UHGV virus genome: UHGV-1351770
Direction: 5' to 3' (one strand)
Length of the DNA: 64,000 nucleotides
Source: a virus
The translations under genes and the position numbers were made by a program. Within the stretch, counting starts at the first letter, position 1. The number at the start of each line of letters is the position of its first letter. Positions 1 through 8,777 of the stretch are shown piece by piece. A model generated the notes under the pieces. It saw nothing but the letters and a program-made list of their open reading frames with translations. It did not search any database and had not been told where the DNA came from.

Positions 1-1123
1 CCGTATCGATAAGATCATCCAGAACTTTATCACGTCCGGCGGCGTATTGTTTTGCTAGGAATACACCGGATGCGCGGTTATGGTGATTGCGTGATGTAAA
101 ATCATGAACGTCATGGATAAACTGATATTTTGGTTTAAGAATATCAAGCAAGCTATTTTCGCCAGCCCATGACGCAACAGCACAAGCATCGTCTAGTTTT
201 TCGGCGTGTATGTCGCCATATTGCAAGCCTAAAACATGATCGGACGTTTCAAAGCATCCGGCGGGAGTGGCGCAAATATTCAAATCGTAAAACATGCCGC
301 TTTCGTCCATCGTTTCAAGCTGGCGAACAAAAAATTCCCCGTCGTCGTCGAACTCAACAATCAGCGCACCGAAATTATGCAGCGCCTCGGCCTTTTGCCC
401 TGCTTTCTGCTGAATGTAGTTTTTGAGCGTTGCCGTTCCGGTTGAATACATGCGGCGCACTACTTCACCTTTTAAAGCTGGCACGCTTTCGGCGGTGATT
501 TTAGCGTGACCAATTGCCAGACCTTCAATATTTAAAGCCGTTGCAGTTTCTGCGAATCCAGAAAGCGGATAATCTGCGGTTGGCAAAACATTAATTTCAG
601 CCATAAAAGCAAAACGGCGGTTATTTAAAAACACGTTTTTGCTGCAAATATATTTATCAAAAGCGGAATCATATTTGATTCCATCCGCACCTTCTCCATT
701 TTGGAATCCGTTTTTATTATAAATATATTTAGAAACAAGCAAATCAGCGCCGATATATTTAGCAAATTGCTCCAGCGCGGCTAAAAAGTTTTTATGCGGG
801 AAAGTATTATTCTGAATCGAGGTAATAATAAAGCGTTTACCTTGTTTTACTTCCCATTGCTCCACCGTACTAGAAACAATTCCCGCCGCTTCTGGTCGCT
901 CATCGTTTTTAATGGCTTTTGCTACTTTCGCCGCTTTTGGTTTCGCTGGTTTATTTGCTTCCAACCAATCACAAATGGCGGTGGAGTGTTTAGTAGTATC
1001 GTATACCGCTTTCGAAATATCGTCACAAACTTCCAATTTAGTGGCGCGCAGACGTTTACCGTAGAAATTGAAGTCAGCGGCCATTTTCAGGATAACGGTT
1101 TGTTTTTCTGCGGAAATAATCAT
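1..1123 (-). CDS. Large pre-early protein, 5'-partial in window (at least 374 aa); A1-like by size and position upstream of an A2-like gene
   Basis: Continuous minus-strand reading frame from window edge to ATG at 1121-1123 with GGAG RBS 11 nt upstream; not in ORF track because truncated by window; synteny with T5 pre-early A1-A2. Confidence 0.5.
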   Translation of the reverse strand, partial: MIISAEKQTVILKMAADFNFYGKRLRATKLEVCDDISKAVYDTTKHSTAICDWLEANKPAKPKAAKVAKAIKNDERPEAAGIVSSTVEQWEVKQGKRFIITSIQNNTFPHKNFLAALEQFAKYIGADLLVSKYIYNKNGFQNGEGADGIKYDSAFDKYICSKNVFLNNRRFAFMAEINVLPTADYPLSGFAETATALNIEGLAIGHAKITAESVPALKGEVVRRMYSTGTATLKNYIQQKAGQKAEALHNFGALIVEFDDDGEFFVRQLETMDESGMFYDLNICATPAGCFETSDHVLGLQYGDIHAEKLDDACAVASWAGENSLLDILKPKYQFIHDVHDFTSRNHHNRASGVFLAKQYAAGRDKVLDDLIDT

Positions 1124-1213
1124 AGTAATAAAACTCCATTAAAGGGATTAGATTAATAATGGCAATATTGCCAAATATAACGCCTCAAATAATAGGCGTT
1201 ATAATTTGCAACA

Positions 1214-1411
1214 TTAATTTAAAGGCACTAGGCTAGAACTAACACCACAAGCAACGGCGGCAATAAAACAAATCAGACCTAAACGCTTCGCTAACTTAGA
1301 TTTACGTTTAAAATAATACGAATCTAAATCATTTTGAAAATAAGCGAATAATAGGGAGGCCGCCATAATAAATAAGCCTAGAATTAAAGATTCAGTAGGA
1401 AAGAAAACCAT
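1214..1411 (-). CDS. Small membrane protein (two predicted TM helices)
   Basis: 65-aa ORF, hydrophobic segments, same orientation as neighbours. Confidence 0.4.
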   Translation of the reverse strand: MVFFPTESLILGLFIMAASLLFAYFQNDLDSYYFKRKSKLAKRLGLICFIAAVACGVSSSLVPLN

Positions 1412-1501
1412 TTTTAAAACTCCTGATTTAAGGGAAGAAAATAACTATCGCTAAACAGTTATATTATTGCCCCCTCACTAAAAGGGGGCAAGGTATAACT
1501 A

Positions 1502-1909
1502 TTATTCCCCTGCGGCTTGTTTTACTTCATCGGCAACGCCTAACAATTGCGCTACTGCATCCAGCGTTTCAAGTTTTGCACTTTCAAGGCTTGCCAGATC
1601 ATCGGCGTCCTTGATAATGCCGGAATCGATAGCGTGTTTTGCAATTACCCGCACGTAATGAGCTTTGCGGATTGAACTACCGCCGCCAACTTTGCGCGGC
1701 TTGTCGCTTTTCTGATAGGCTTTCGCGCTGGTCAATTTCGAACGAACTGACACGGGAGAAGCCGCGCCCACTGCTTTCGCAATCTCTTTCAGGCCGTCGC
1801 TGTTTGCGAATTCTAATCCGTTTTCATTGATTAACTGCTGGTACATGGTAACAGCTTTCTGAGTGTTTTCTTCATTCCATGCGAATTTTGCGGTTTTTGC
1901 GTTAGTCAT
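1502..1909 (-). CDS. Pre-early A2-like protein (135 aa)
   Basis: Size and position immediately downstream of A1-like ORF as in T5; inference from synteny only. Confidence 0.4.
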   Translation of the reverse strand: MTNAKTAKFAWNEENTQKAVTMYQQLINENGLEFANSDGLKEIAKAVGAASPVSVRSKLTSAKAYQKSDKPRKVGGGSSIRKAHYVRVIAKHAIDSGIIKDADDLASLESAKLETLDAVAQLLGVADEVKQAAGE

Positions 1910-2007
1910 GGTAAAAACTCCTATTAGTTTAATTTAAGGGATTAGATTAACTTAATGTTAATCGTTATATCCCCCTGAAGTAAGGGGGATATAAAGTTAA
2001 CACTAAA

Positions 2008-2259
2008 TTATAAAACGGCTTCCCATTTTTCGTTGCGTTGAACAACCTTTACAACATCGCCGGATTTAACGCGAACGCTAAAAACGGGCTTGCCGTTGTT
2101 ACTGCGTTCATTTTCAGCGTATACCGCGTCGATTGTATCGAACGGCATAAGCGCCGCGCCTTTAATACGTTCGGCCTTTCCGGTTAACTCATCCGTTTTA
2201 GTAACGAAAGGAATAAAAACTGATTGACCAATTTTTGGCGCGGTAATAACGTTTTTCAT
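2008..2259 (-). CDS. Hypothetical protein (83 aa)
   Basis: ORF with GGAG RBS. Confidence 0.4.
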   Translation of the reverse strand: MKNVITAPKIGQSVFIPFVTKTDELTGKAERIKGAALMPFDTIDAVYAENERSNNGKPVFSVRVKSGDVVKVVQRNEKWEAVL

Positions 2260-2458
2260 AGTATAAACTCCAGTTTATTTGATGGATTGTTCCGCATTAC
2301 CTGCTAGAAAGTAACAGGTAATAAGAAAAAATCCGCTCGCCATTATAAAATCAATTTAAAGAACTCCACACGGGCCGCTATATCCCAGTTAGGGGGCGGG
2401 GTACATTATGGTAAGCACCGACCGTCAAATTTTATCAAGTTATCGCTCTTATCGAACT

Positions 2459-2749
2459 GGGTACATCTTAAAACCTATCGGCTAGGTTGTCAAACTATTT
2501 TTTGCGATTTTTTATGATTTTCTTTTAGGTCAATCATAATATTTCGCCAGATCATTTCCAGACCTTGCTGGCGACCTTTCTTGTATTGCTTGAATCGGTA
2601 TTTTACCGATCTTTGCGCTACTGTCAACAAATTTTTTGTTTTGCTATCTAGTGCCTTGCTAGGCTTGCCAGTGATCAATAAAGTTTGTTTCATATCGTCG
2701 ATTCCTTATAATGTATAAGTTTACCGCCGATAGGCTTTAAGATGTACCC
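2459..2749. repeat. 23-bp inverted repeat pair (2459-2481 GGGTACATCTTAAAACCTATCGG; 2727-2749 its reverse complement with 1 mismatch) bracketing the 67-aa ORF
   Basis: Read directly from sequence. Confidence 0.8.
2490..2693 (-). CDS. Small basic protein (67 aa) flanked by 23-bp inverted repeat
   Basis: ORF with AAGGAA RBS; Lys/Arg rich. Confidence 0.35.
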   Translation of the reverse strand: MKQTLLITGKPSKALDSKTKNLLTVAQRSVKYRFKQYKKGRQQGLEMIWRNIMIDLKENHKKSQKIV

Positions 2750-3127
2750 AATTTTTAAAGAGCGCGGCGGTAAACTCCCCGCCGTGTAGTTCGTCATTGC
2801 CGCCCTACGAGATAAATAATAGCAAATACAAAAAATGGTGCAACCTTACTTTTGTAAAGAAATGTAAAGAAGGCAACACGCCCGGCGCTCATCTAAGTTT
2901 AAAGGAAACGGGCGCGCGAATACCATAAAACCCAGCAGGTTGGCAAGTAATTTTTTCAGTTTTATTTGCCTTGCCCTACTTGACAAAACTTAAAAAGCTC
3001 GTGGTAGCGATAAACGGCTTATCCCCTTATGATGGGATGGCTAAAAACTTCATCGCGTTCTAGGATGTTTTAGGCGCATTCTAGCCTTGTTGATAACTTA
3101 TCCCCAAAAGCAAAAATGAAATTTTCC

Positions 3128-3176
3128 TAGTTATCCACTTGACTTTTATTTTCCAGTGGATAACTACTTATTTTAT
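3128..3176. promoter_or_regulatory. Palindrome with 11-bp arms TAGTTATCCAC / GTGGATAACTA (DnaA-box-like TTATCCAC) separated by 27 bp
   Basis: Seen in sequence; arms match DnaA box consensus TTATNCACA at 8/9. Confidence 0.6.
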
Positions 3177-3446
3177 GAAATAAATTAATTGACTTTCGTT
3201 TACTGTTGTGTATTAGAAAGATAGCAGACTAATAATTGCTAGAATGATAATCATGCTGGTGGATTGTAACAGCCTGAACTATTAGCAGACTATTAATCAC
3301 GGAAAATCTCATTAGCCAACTAACTATTTCATGATATATAATATACATATAAATTAATGAGAAATAATAACTATAATAAATAATAATCGATAGGAATAAT
3401 AACTATAAGAAACTATCGGACTAAGTGAGAACCACTATCATTTAAG

Positions 3447-3467
3447 TTATCCACAACGTTATCCACA
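3447..3467 (+). promoter_or_regulatory. Two perfect DnaA boxes TTATCCACA in direct orientation (3447-3455, 3459-3467)
   Basis: Exact match to E. coli DnaA box consensus. Confidence 0.7.
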
Positions 3468-3514
3468 GCACAAAATGATTTGACACAATAGGAAGGATTT
3501 ACAGCACTTTTGCA

Positions 3515-3554
3515 CAGACTTATCCACAGGTTATCCTACTGTATAAATATACAG
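3515..3554. repeat. Left copy of 40-bp inverted repeat (CAGACTTATCCACAGGTTATCCTACTGTATAAATATACAG) containing a DnaA box (3520-3528) and a LexA-box-like CTGT-N8-ACAG palindrome (3537-3554)
   Basis: Reverse complement of 7348-7389 matches with a single mismatch. Confidence 0.85.
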
Positions 3555-3820
3555 GGTAAAAAGGTAGTGTTAACAACTGCAATCAATTTTGAGCGGCCTA
3601 AAACGCTTTCTAACGAGCTAAATGCGGTGGGGTAATATTAAAGTAAAGCCTTCACCCGTCGCCCTGGTGGCTTCGCCGTGTTTTGCTCTTTATTGCACCG
3701 CTGCGCGGTTATCACAAAACTAGGCGTTAGGCAAGGAAAATAAAAAGGTAAAATAATATTTGCCCCTAGAAAGAAAATACCTTTATCATTCACTCACCGA
3801 TTAACGAGGGGGCCGAACAA

Positions 3821-4807
3821 ATGAGGCTATATAGACCAGATAACGCAACCGTCTTAAAGGGTGCGCTGCGTAACCTGCTGGACGGTAGCAGAACAACCAG
3901 CATCAAACATTTTGTTTTCAATATTGAAACTATTCATCATAATTTTTTTGATGATTATGATGCTTATAATATGAATAGTTTTCTACCGTTATATAAACAA
4001 GGGGCAACGCTTGTTTTATATAATCAGGATTATCAATTGCTCACTAGTCGAGGGCCGGATACTGATTTCATAATCGTAAAAGGTAGCACAGTAAAAGCCT
4101 ATGATACTGGGGCGGGCTTAGAAGTTTTCACACTAGAAAATTATGAAGCCAACCCCAATGATCTTTATGATGTAGAAAATTTTCTCGATTCATTTTGGCG
4201 TCATTTATCAGTTGGGTGGAATCGGTCGGATTATGACGGGTATCGTTTTGCGGCTGTAATGGCTTTTGATGATAACGGTAATTTTTTGCTACCGCCGGAA
4301 TTATATGATCGTGTATATGAAGGCGATATTGTTGACGCCGGATTCTCTTTCGAAAGAGAAGAAAGTATTGGCAATATAGAAAAACATGCTGTAAATTCTA
4401 GCACTCAAAGCGTTAACACTCAAATCACTGAAAACAAAGGAAAAAATACCATGACCAAGATCGCTAACATTGTTGCCGCTAATAAATCCGCTGTTGTAAA
4501 CGCTGCAAAACTGGAAGCGGGTAAAATTGCACTGACTCAAATTACGAAAGTAGCGGCTAAAAAAGCACCGTTTATGATTAAAGGTTATATTGATACGCCT
4601 ATCGGTCGAGTAGTGATTGCCAACCTGCTAAGCGTAGCGGTTGACCAGTACGCCCCAAGCAACCAGAAAGCGAAAGCAGTAGCAGGGGCAGCTATGGAAG
4701 CGGCAATGTTGGAAATGGTGCAAAGTTTTAACATCGCTGAAATGATTGATGAAATGGTAAAAGGTATCGATATTTCTACCTTCACCACTAGCACCGAAAG
4801 CGAATAA
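3821..4807 (+). CDS. Hypothetical protein (328 aa), first gene of IR-flanked plus-strand cassette
   Basis: Long ORF, GAGG RBS, followed by hairpin terminator. Confidence 0.6.
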   Translation: MRLYRPDNATVLKGALRNLLDGSRTTSIKHFVFNIETIHHNFFDDYDAYNMNSFLPLYKQGATLVLYNQDYQLLTSRGPDTDFIIVKGSTVKAYDTGAGLEVFTLENYEANPNDLYDVENFLDSFWRHLSVGWNRSDYDGYRFAAVMAFDDNGNFLLPPELYDRVYEGDIVDAGFSFEREESIGNIEKHAVNSSTQSVNTQITENKGKNTMTKIANIVAANKSAVVNAAKLEAGKIALTQITKVAAKKAPFMIKGYIDTPIGRVVIANLLSVAVDQYAPSNQKAKAVAGAAMEAAMLEMVQSFNIAEMIDEMVKGIDISTFTTSTESE

Positions 4808-4815
4808 TAATATCT

Positions 4816-4845
4816 AGCGGGGATTATTACCCCGCTTTACTATTC
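4816..4845 (+). terminator. Hairpin AGCGGGGATTATTACCCCGCT plus T-rich tail
   Basis: Seen in sequence. Confidence 0.5.
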
Positions 4846-4872
4846 CCTTGTTAATTAATAGGAGGCTAATAA

Positions 4873-5367
4873 ATGGCTGAGGAAAAATATGGCTTCTCAC
4901 TGGGAGAAGTGAGCACGGCAAAACATGATATGATCATTTTGGTCGATTGCCATACTGGGTACTGCGGGGAAGGGAACACCGAAGAATATCTTGTTCCTGC
5001 TGGTACAGATCTCGACGCTTTCGCTCAAGAAATGGCTATTGATAATGCTTCTCGTTTTGGTAGTGATGGGTATGAAGATGAGGATACTGGAGAATGGGTT
5101 GAAAACGAAAACGTATACGCTGGTCTTTATCATTATCAATTAAGTAAATCCGGCGCATATGTAAACGGCGGCGATCCTATTAATTCCGTCATGAAATTAA
5201 TTATTAAATATGGTGGCGTCGAGATAATTGATAACAAAGCGGTAATATATGCAAACCGATTAAAACAGCTTGTTTATATTCCTGATAATACCCGATGGGA
5301 TGAATATGCTGTTTTGCATGACGAATTGAAACGATGTTTCAATATTGAATCCTTACAAGTAGTCTAA
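4873..5367 (+). CDS. Hypothetical acidic protein (164 aa)
   Basis: ORF with GGAGG RBS. Confidence 0.55.
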   Translation: MAEEKYGFSLGEVSTAKHDMIILVDCHTGYCGEGNTEEYLVPAGTDLDAFAQEMAIDNASRFGSDGYEDEDTGEWVENENVYAGLYHYQLSKSGAYVNGGDPINSVMKLIIKYGGVEIIDNKAVIYANRLKQLVYIPDNTRWDEYAVLHDELKRCFNIESLQVV

Positions 5368-5382
5368 TGTAAAGTTTTGTAA

Positions 5383-5410
5383 AGGTCGCCATAATCGGCG
5401 GCCTTTTTTG
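5383..5410 (+). terminator. Rho-independent terminator (AGGTCGCC-ATAAT-GGCGGCCT plus TTTTTT)
   Basis: Seen in sequence. Confidence 0.65.
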
Positions 5411-5474
5411 TTATAATGCCTTTACACCGTTTGAGGACGGTTGAAAATTTTCCCTATTAACTAGGAGTCTTAAA

Positions 5475-5705
5475 ATGGTTGCTTATTCTTCTGCTAGTCA
5501 TCTGTTCACCACTCAAGGCTGGGTATCTAACCGCGTTATTATTCACGAAATGGTGCAAGAATATGGCATTGCTAAAACTTATAACACCATCCAAGAACTA
5601 TACAACGCCGATAAAATCGATCAGCAAACGGCAGGCTTTTTGCTGGATACCCTGAAAGCGGAACACTGTACTAAAAAACAAGCTGCAAAAATTGTTTTAA
5701 TGTAA
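5475..5705 (+). CDS. Hypothetical protein (76 aa)
   Basis: ORF with AGGAG RBS. Confidence 0.5.
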   Translation: MVAYSSASHLFTTQGWVSNRVIIHEMVQEYGIAKTYNTIQELYNADKIDQQTAGFLLDTLKAEHCTKKQAAKIVLM

Positions 5706-5751
5706 GAAATAACGGGGCGTTATTTTCGCCCCGCTAACTAGGAGAATGAAA

Positions 5752-5901
5752 ATGGTTATTTTTCGAGCTATTCTGGCAGGTATCTTGGGCGCTATTTTAT
5801 CGTTGTTTGCAATAGCTTTCGGCGTTCACGCTGTTATTATCGGCGCGGGTATCGCCGCATTTTCTTATCTGCTGGGCTGCATGACTGGTAAAGGAGAATA
5901 A
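5752..5901 (+). CDS. Small membrane protein (49 aa, Gly/Ala/Ile-rich TM)
   Basis: ORF below track cutoff; AGGAGAA RBS; hydrophobic. Confidence 0.45.
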   Translation: MVIFRAILAGILGAILSLFAIAFGVHAVIIGAGIAAFSYLLGCMTGKGE

Positions 5902-5903
5902 AA

Positions 5904-6116
5904 ATGATCCGCAACGTTTCTCTTGCACGTTCGAAAGGCTTTAAGCTGGTGGACGTTAACACGTTCGAGCGTGAAGATTGTAAAATCGAATATGTAGCAC
6001 GTAACAAAAACGCTTTTCGTGTTACCGAGAAAAAATTTGACAAGCGCGGCAACGTGATAGCTGAAACAGTTAAACACTTTGCCACCTTTTACGCTGCGTT
6101 TCGTGGGGTGTTATAA
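5904..6116 (+). CDS. Hypothetical protein (70 aa)
   Basis: ORF with AAGGAGAA RBS, tightly coupled to upstream gene. Confidence 0.5.
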   Translation: MIRNVSLARSKGFKLVDVNTFEREDCKIEYVARNKNAFRVTEKKFDKRGNVIAETVKHFATFYAAFRGVL

Positions 6117-6117
6117 A

Positions 6118-6462
6118 ATGGTTATTTATGAAGGCAATCGTTTTGTTGCTAATTGCCGTCCGGCATTATTAGCAAACTACTTAAATCAGCTTTCCCCAGT
6201 TTATAAGGGTGTTATTAATATTTATGAGGGAAAGGCGCATTATAAAATCAATGTGGTCGTTGCCCGTGAACTAGCATTTCAATTTTTGACCTTTGCATCT
6301 TGTGACGTTCAGGTTATGGGTGAGGCATTAATTGCAGAAAATGAAGATGATTTTATTAATATTTTCCGCAAGGTGTGCACCGAACGCCTGATAATGAAAG
6401 GCGCGTATATTCAATCCACTGCGGATAGTATTGAAACAGCGTTTCGAAAGGTGGCGCAATGA
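6118..6462 (+). CDS. Hypothetical protein (114 aa)
   Basis: ORF; start adjusted to ATG 6118 one nt after upstream stop with GGGGTG RBS. Confidence 0.5.
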   Translation: MVIYEGNRFVANCRPALLANYLNQLSPVYKGVINIYEGKAHYKINVVVARELAFQFLTFASCDVQVMGEALIAENEDDFINIFRKVCTERLIMKGAYIQSTADSIETAFRKVAQ

Positions 6463-6674
6463 ATGAAATTAACTGGACTATGTTGCTAGATGTTAGGCAA
6501 GTAAAATTAAAACAAGATCTATGGGGTATAGGTAAAGCGGGGGAGGTGTTCAAAGTATTTAAGGATTCTCACCATAGATTTATAAGGAGAAATAACAATA
6601 CGGGTGCAGCGTTTTATTTAATTGATTTAATCAAATTATATGGTGAGGATATTTTCGATCTAGAATACGAGTAA
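6459..6674 (+). CDS. Hypothetical protein (71 aa)
   Basis: ATGA start/stop overlap with upstream gene. Confidence 0.45.
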   Translation: MNEINWTMLLDVRQVKLKQDLWGIGKAGEVFKVFKDSHHRFIRRNNNTGAAFYLIDLIKLYGEDIFDLEYE

Positions 6675-6801
6675 CTATATAATTTTGGTGTATTACAATG
6701 AAATTATATATTTTCGTTGGTAATAGTAAGGCCGCTAATGATTCAGCTGGTGGCGATAACGTTCGCCACTATTGGCAAAATTATATTTACTAGGGGTTAT
6801 T

Positions 6802-6996
6802 ATGGTTACACTGATTTGCGTTAAAGCCGAAGGCGACACGATAGCGCGAGAAGGGCAAAAATATAAAGCCCAAAAAGATCAATTACTCAAAACAATCGAG
6901 CGTTACAAAATACCCGATCTCAAGTATTCCGTAGTGGGGCGCGATGGGATTCTAAGGGCGACACTTGAAAACGCTATTTTTGAGATAGCTAACTAA
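6802..6996 (+). CDS. Hypothetical protein (64 aa)
   Basis: ORF; start adjusted to ATG 6802 with AGGGG RBS. Confidence 0.4.
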   Translation: MVTLICVKAEGDTIAREGQKYKAQKDQLLKTIERYKIPDLKYSVVGRDGILRATLENAIFEIAN

Positions 6997-7011
6997 TAAC
7001 GGGGCGTTATT

Positions 7012-7206
7012 ATGAGCAATAAAATTATTGTGACCAAAACCACCACAATGGTTGACGTTTTTTATGTGCCCGATACGCCGGAAAACCGGCAAGCGGTCGA
7101 GAGGGGCGAATATGATAGCGTAATTTATGATGCCGATGGTTATTATCAGCATTTGGTCGATTCCTATGGGGAAGAGGAGAAGATCACGCATCAATTACCG
7201 GACTGA
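7012..7206 (+). CDS. Hypothetical protein (64 aa)
   Basis: ORF followed by strong terminator. Confidence 0.45.
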   Translation: MSNKIIVTKTTTMVDVFYVPDTPENRQAVERGEYDSVIYDADGYYQHLVDSYGEEEKITHQLPD

Positions 7207-7212
7207 TAACAA

Positions 7213-7236
7213 GCGGGGAGCAGATCCCCGCTTTTC
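7213..7236 (+). terminator. Rho-independent terminator GCGGGGAGCAGATCCCCGC plus TTTT
   Basis: Seen in sequence. Confidence 0.7.
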
Positions 7237-7347
7237 ACGCCTTCAGATAAATACCCCTTTGTTTTAGTATCCCCACCAAAATTAAACGCGTTAGAATGCG
7301 ATCTAGGACGTTTTAGCGGTATATTAGAATTATTCACTACGTAGGAA

Positions 7348-7389
7348 TACTGTATATTTATACAGTAGGATAAGCTGTGGATAAGTCTG
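7348..7389. repeat. Right copy of 40-bp inverted repeat; contains near-consensus LexA box TACTGTATATTTATACAGTA (7348-7367) and DnaA box (complement, 7376-7384); a further DnaA box at 7449-7457
   Basis: Seen in sequence. Confidence 0.85.
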
Positions 7390-7480
7390 TTAATAACGCC
7401 TCAAAATGGCTAGGATTCTGTCAAGTCAAATCGTGCTGTTAATAAGTCTGTGGATAACTTAAATAGTAGTGCTTCTCACT

Positions 7481-7660
7481 TCCGTTCTTAAATGCAAATC
7501 ATTATCATTTGCATTTCACTACCTAACTAATAATCATTCCACTTTTTAAATGAGAATCATTTCACTTTCTGAATAGTTCTCATCCCCTTTCTTAAATGAG
7601 AATAATTATCATTCGCATTTCACTTTTTAAATGAGATTGATTCTCATTATCATTCGCATT
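7481..7660. repeat. Cluster of palindromic and direct repeats (TGCAAATCATTATCATTTGCA; three copies of TTAAATGAGA..ATCATT(C)GCATTTCAC)
   Basis: Seen in sequence; resembles repeat/palindrome-rich injection-stop region of T5. Confidence 0.6.
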
Positions 7661-7691
7661 CAGGCGAGCAGGGCAATTGCCCTGCGCTTTT

Positions 7692-8290
7692 GTGCAAATC
7701 CGACATTTGCTCCACGGGTTACGTGCTGGCGTGTATGTGCGAATCCGACAATTTTTGGTAGTGTGCAAATCCGACCAGAAAAATTTTTATAGTGTGCAGA
7801 TCCGACAATGAATTTTTCCAAAAACTCCAGCAATCCGATGCTGCGCATCAATCCTGTGGAATTAGCTAGAATATGTGCAGATCCGACATGAGTTTATTTG
7901 TGCGAATCCGACAAGATTTTTGTGACTTCGATTGGAGGGTGTGTGATTATGTGGGTTTGGGGAGAAGATGAGAGAGTGAGAGAAAATTAGGGGAACTGCG
8001 AGAGGGGCGCATGTTTGGTGCGGAGCACCTGATTTGCGGGGATTTTGGGGAAGATGTAAGATAATTTGGGAAGATTTGAGATTAGTGGAGATAAAGTAAA
8101 ATTTTATTAGCAAAATGGGGCAAAATAGCTTGACAAGTGAAAATTTCTGTGGCTCTAAAAACTCAGGCAATCATGGGCCTTCGGCCCGAAATAATGCTGC
8201 CATTTTCAGGAGATTATGTGTCCATGAAAACCTAGGCAATTGTGCAAATCCGACCAGTTTTTAAACTTATGTCAGTGTGCAAATCCGACA
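7692..8290 (+). repeat. Eight dispersed direct copies of 14-bp motif GTGC(A/G)(A/G)ATCCGAC(A/C) at irregular spacing
   Basis: Copies at 7692, 7737, 7764, 7794, 7876, 7900, 8242, 8277. Confidence 0.8.
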
Positions 8291-8333
8291 GCAATTTCCA
8301 GAAATGTGTTTTCAAAAAATGTTGTATAGAAAT

Positions 8334-8403
8334 AACCGCCCTCCCTATAACCGCCCTGTATTAACCGCCTATTGCTGAAGTTTCTAGGAACATGAAAACC
8401 GCC
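8334..8403 (+). repeat. Four copies of AACCGCC(T) at 8334, 8349, 8363, 8397
   Basis: Seen in sequence. Confidence 0.6.
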
Positions 8404-8777
8404 TGAGTTGACGAGAGTTTTCCTAAAAACTTAGGAGTCTACTAGAAAGTGTTGTGCCATCCTAGCAGATGAGCGGCAACCGGTGTATCATCTTGAACAC
8501 AGATATTGCCTTTAAATATTTTTAGTTATTTAAAAGTAAATATACCCCCATTTCATGAGAGTTAGCCCCTCTAGGCGCGTGCGATTTGATACATCCTCCT
8601 AAGTCTCGGTGTGGAAGAACAATTGACGAGAACCTGCGAGCAGAACCGTCATCAAGTGTTTTCCTACGAGGAATGATGTAAATCTACGGCCTAGAGGTAA
8701 AAACAAGTTGATGTTTTTAATCTATGAGATTATTATAACATACAGCTCAAATAATGTCAAGAATTTTTCGTTAACGT

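Noticed and set aside
169-1156. Plus-strand ORFs 169..426, 236..445 and 794..1156
   Set aside because: Lie antisense inside the long leftward A1-like reading frame, have no RBS, and have odd composition; judged shadow ORFs.
7692-8290. Possible CRISPR array from repeated GTGCRRATCCGACA
   Set aside because: Repeats are only 14 bp, imperfect, and irregularly spaced (27-330 bp), with no cas genes; not a CRISPR.
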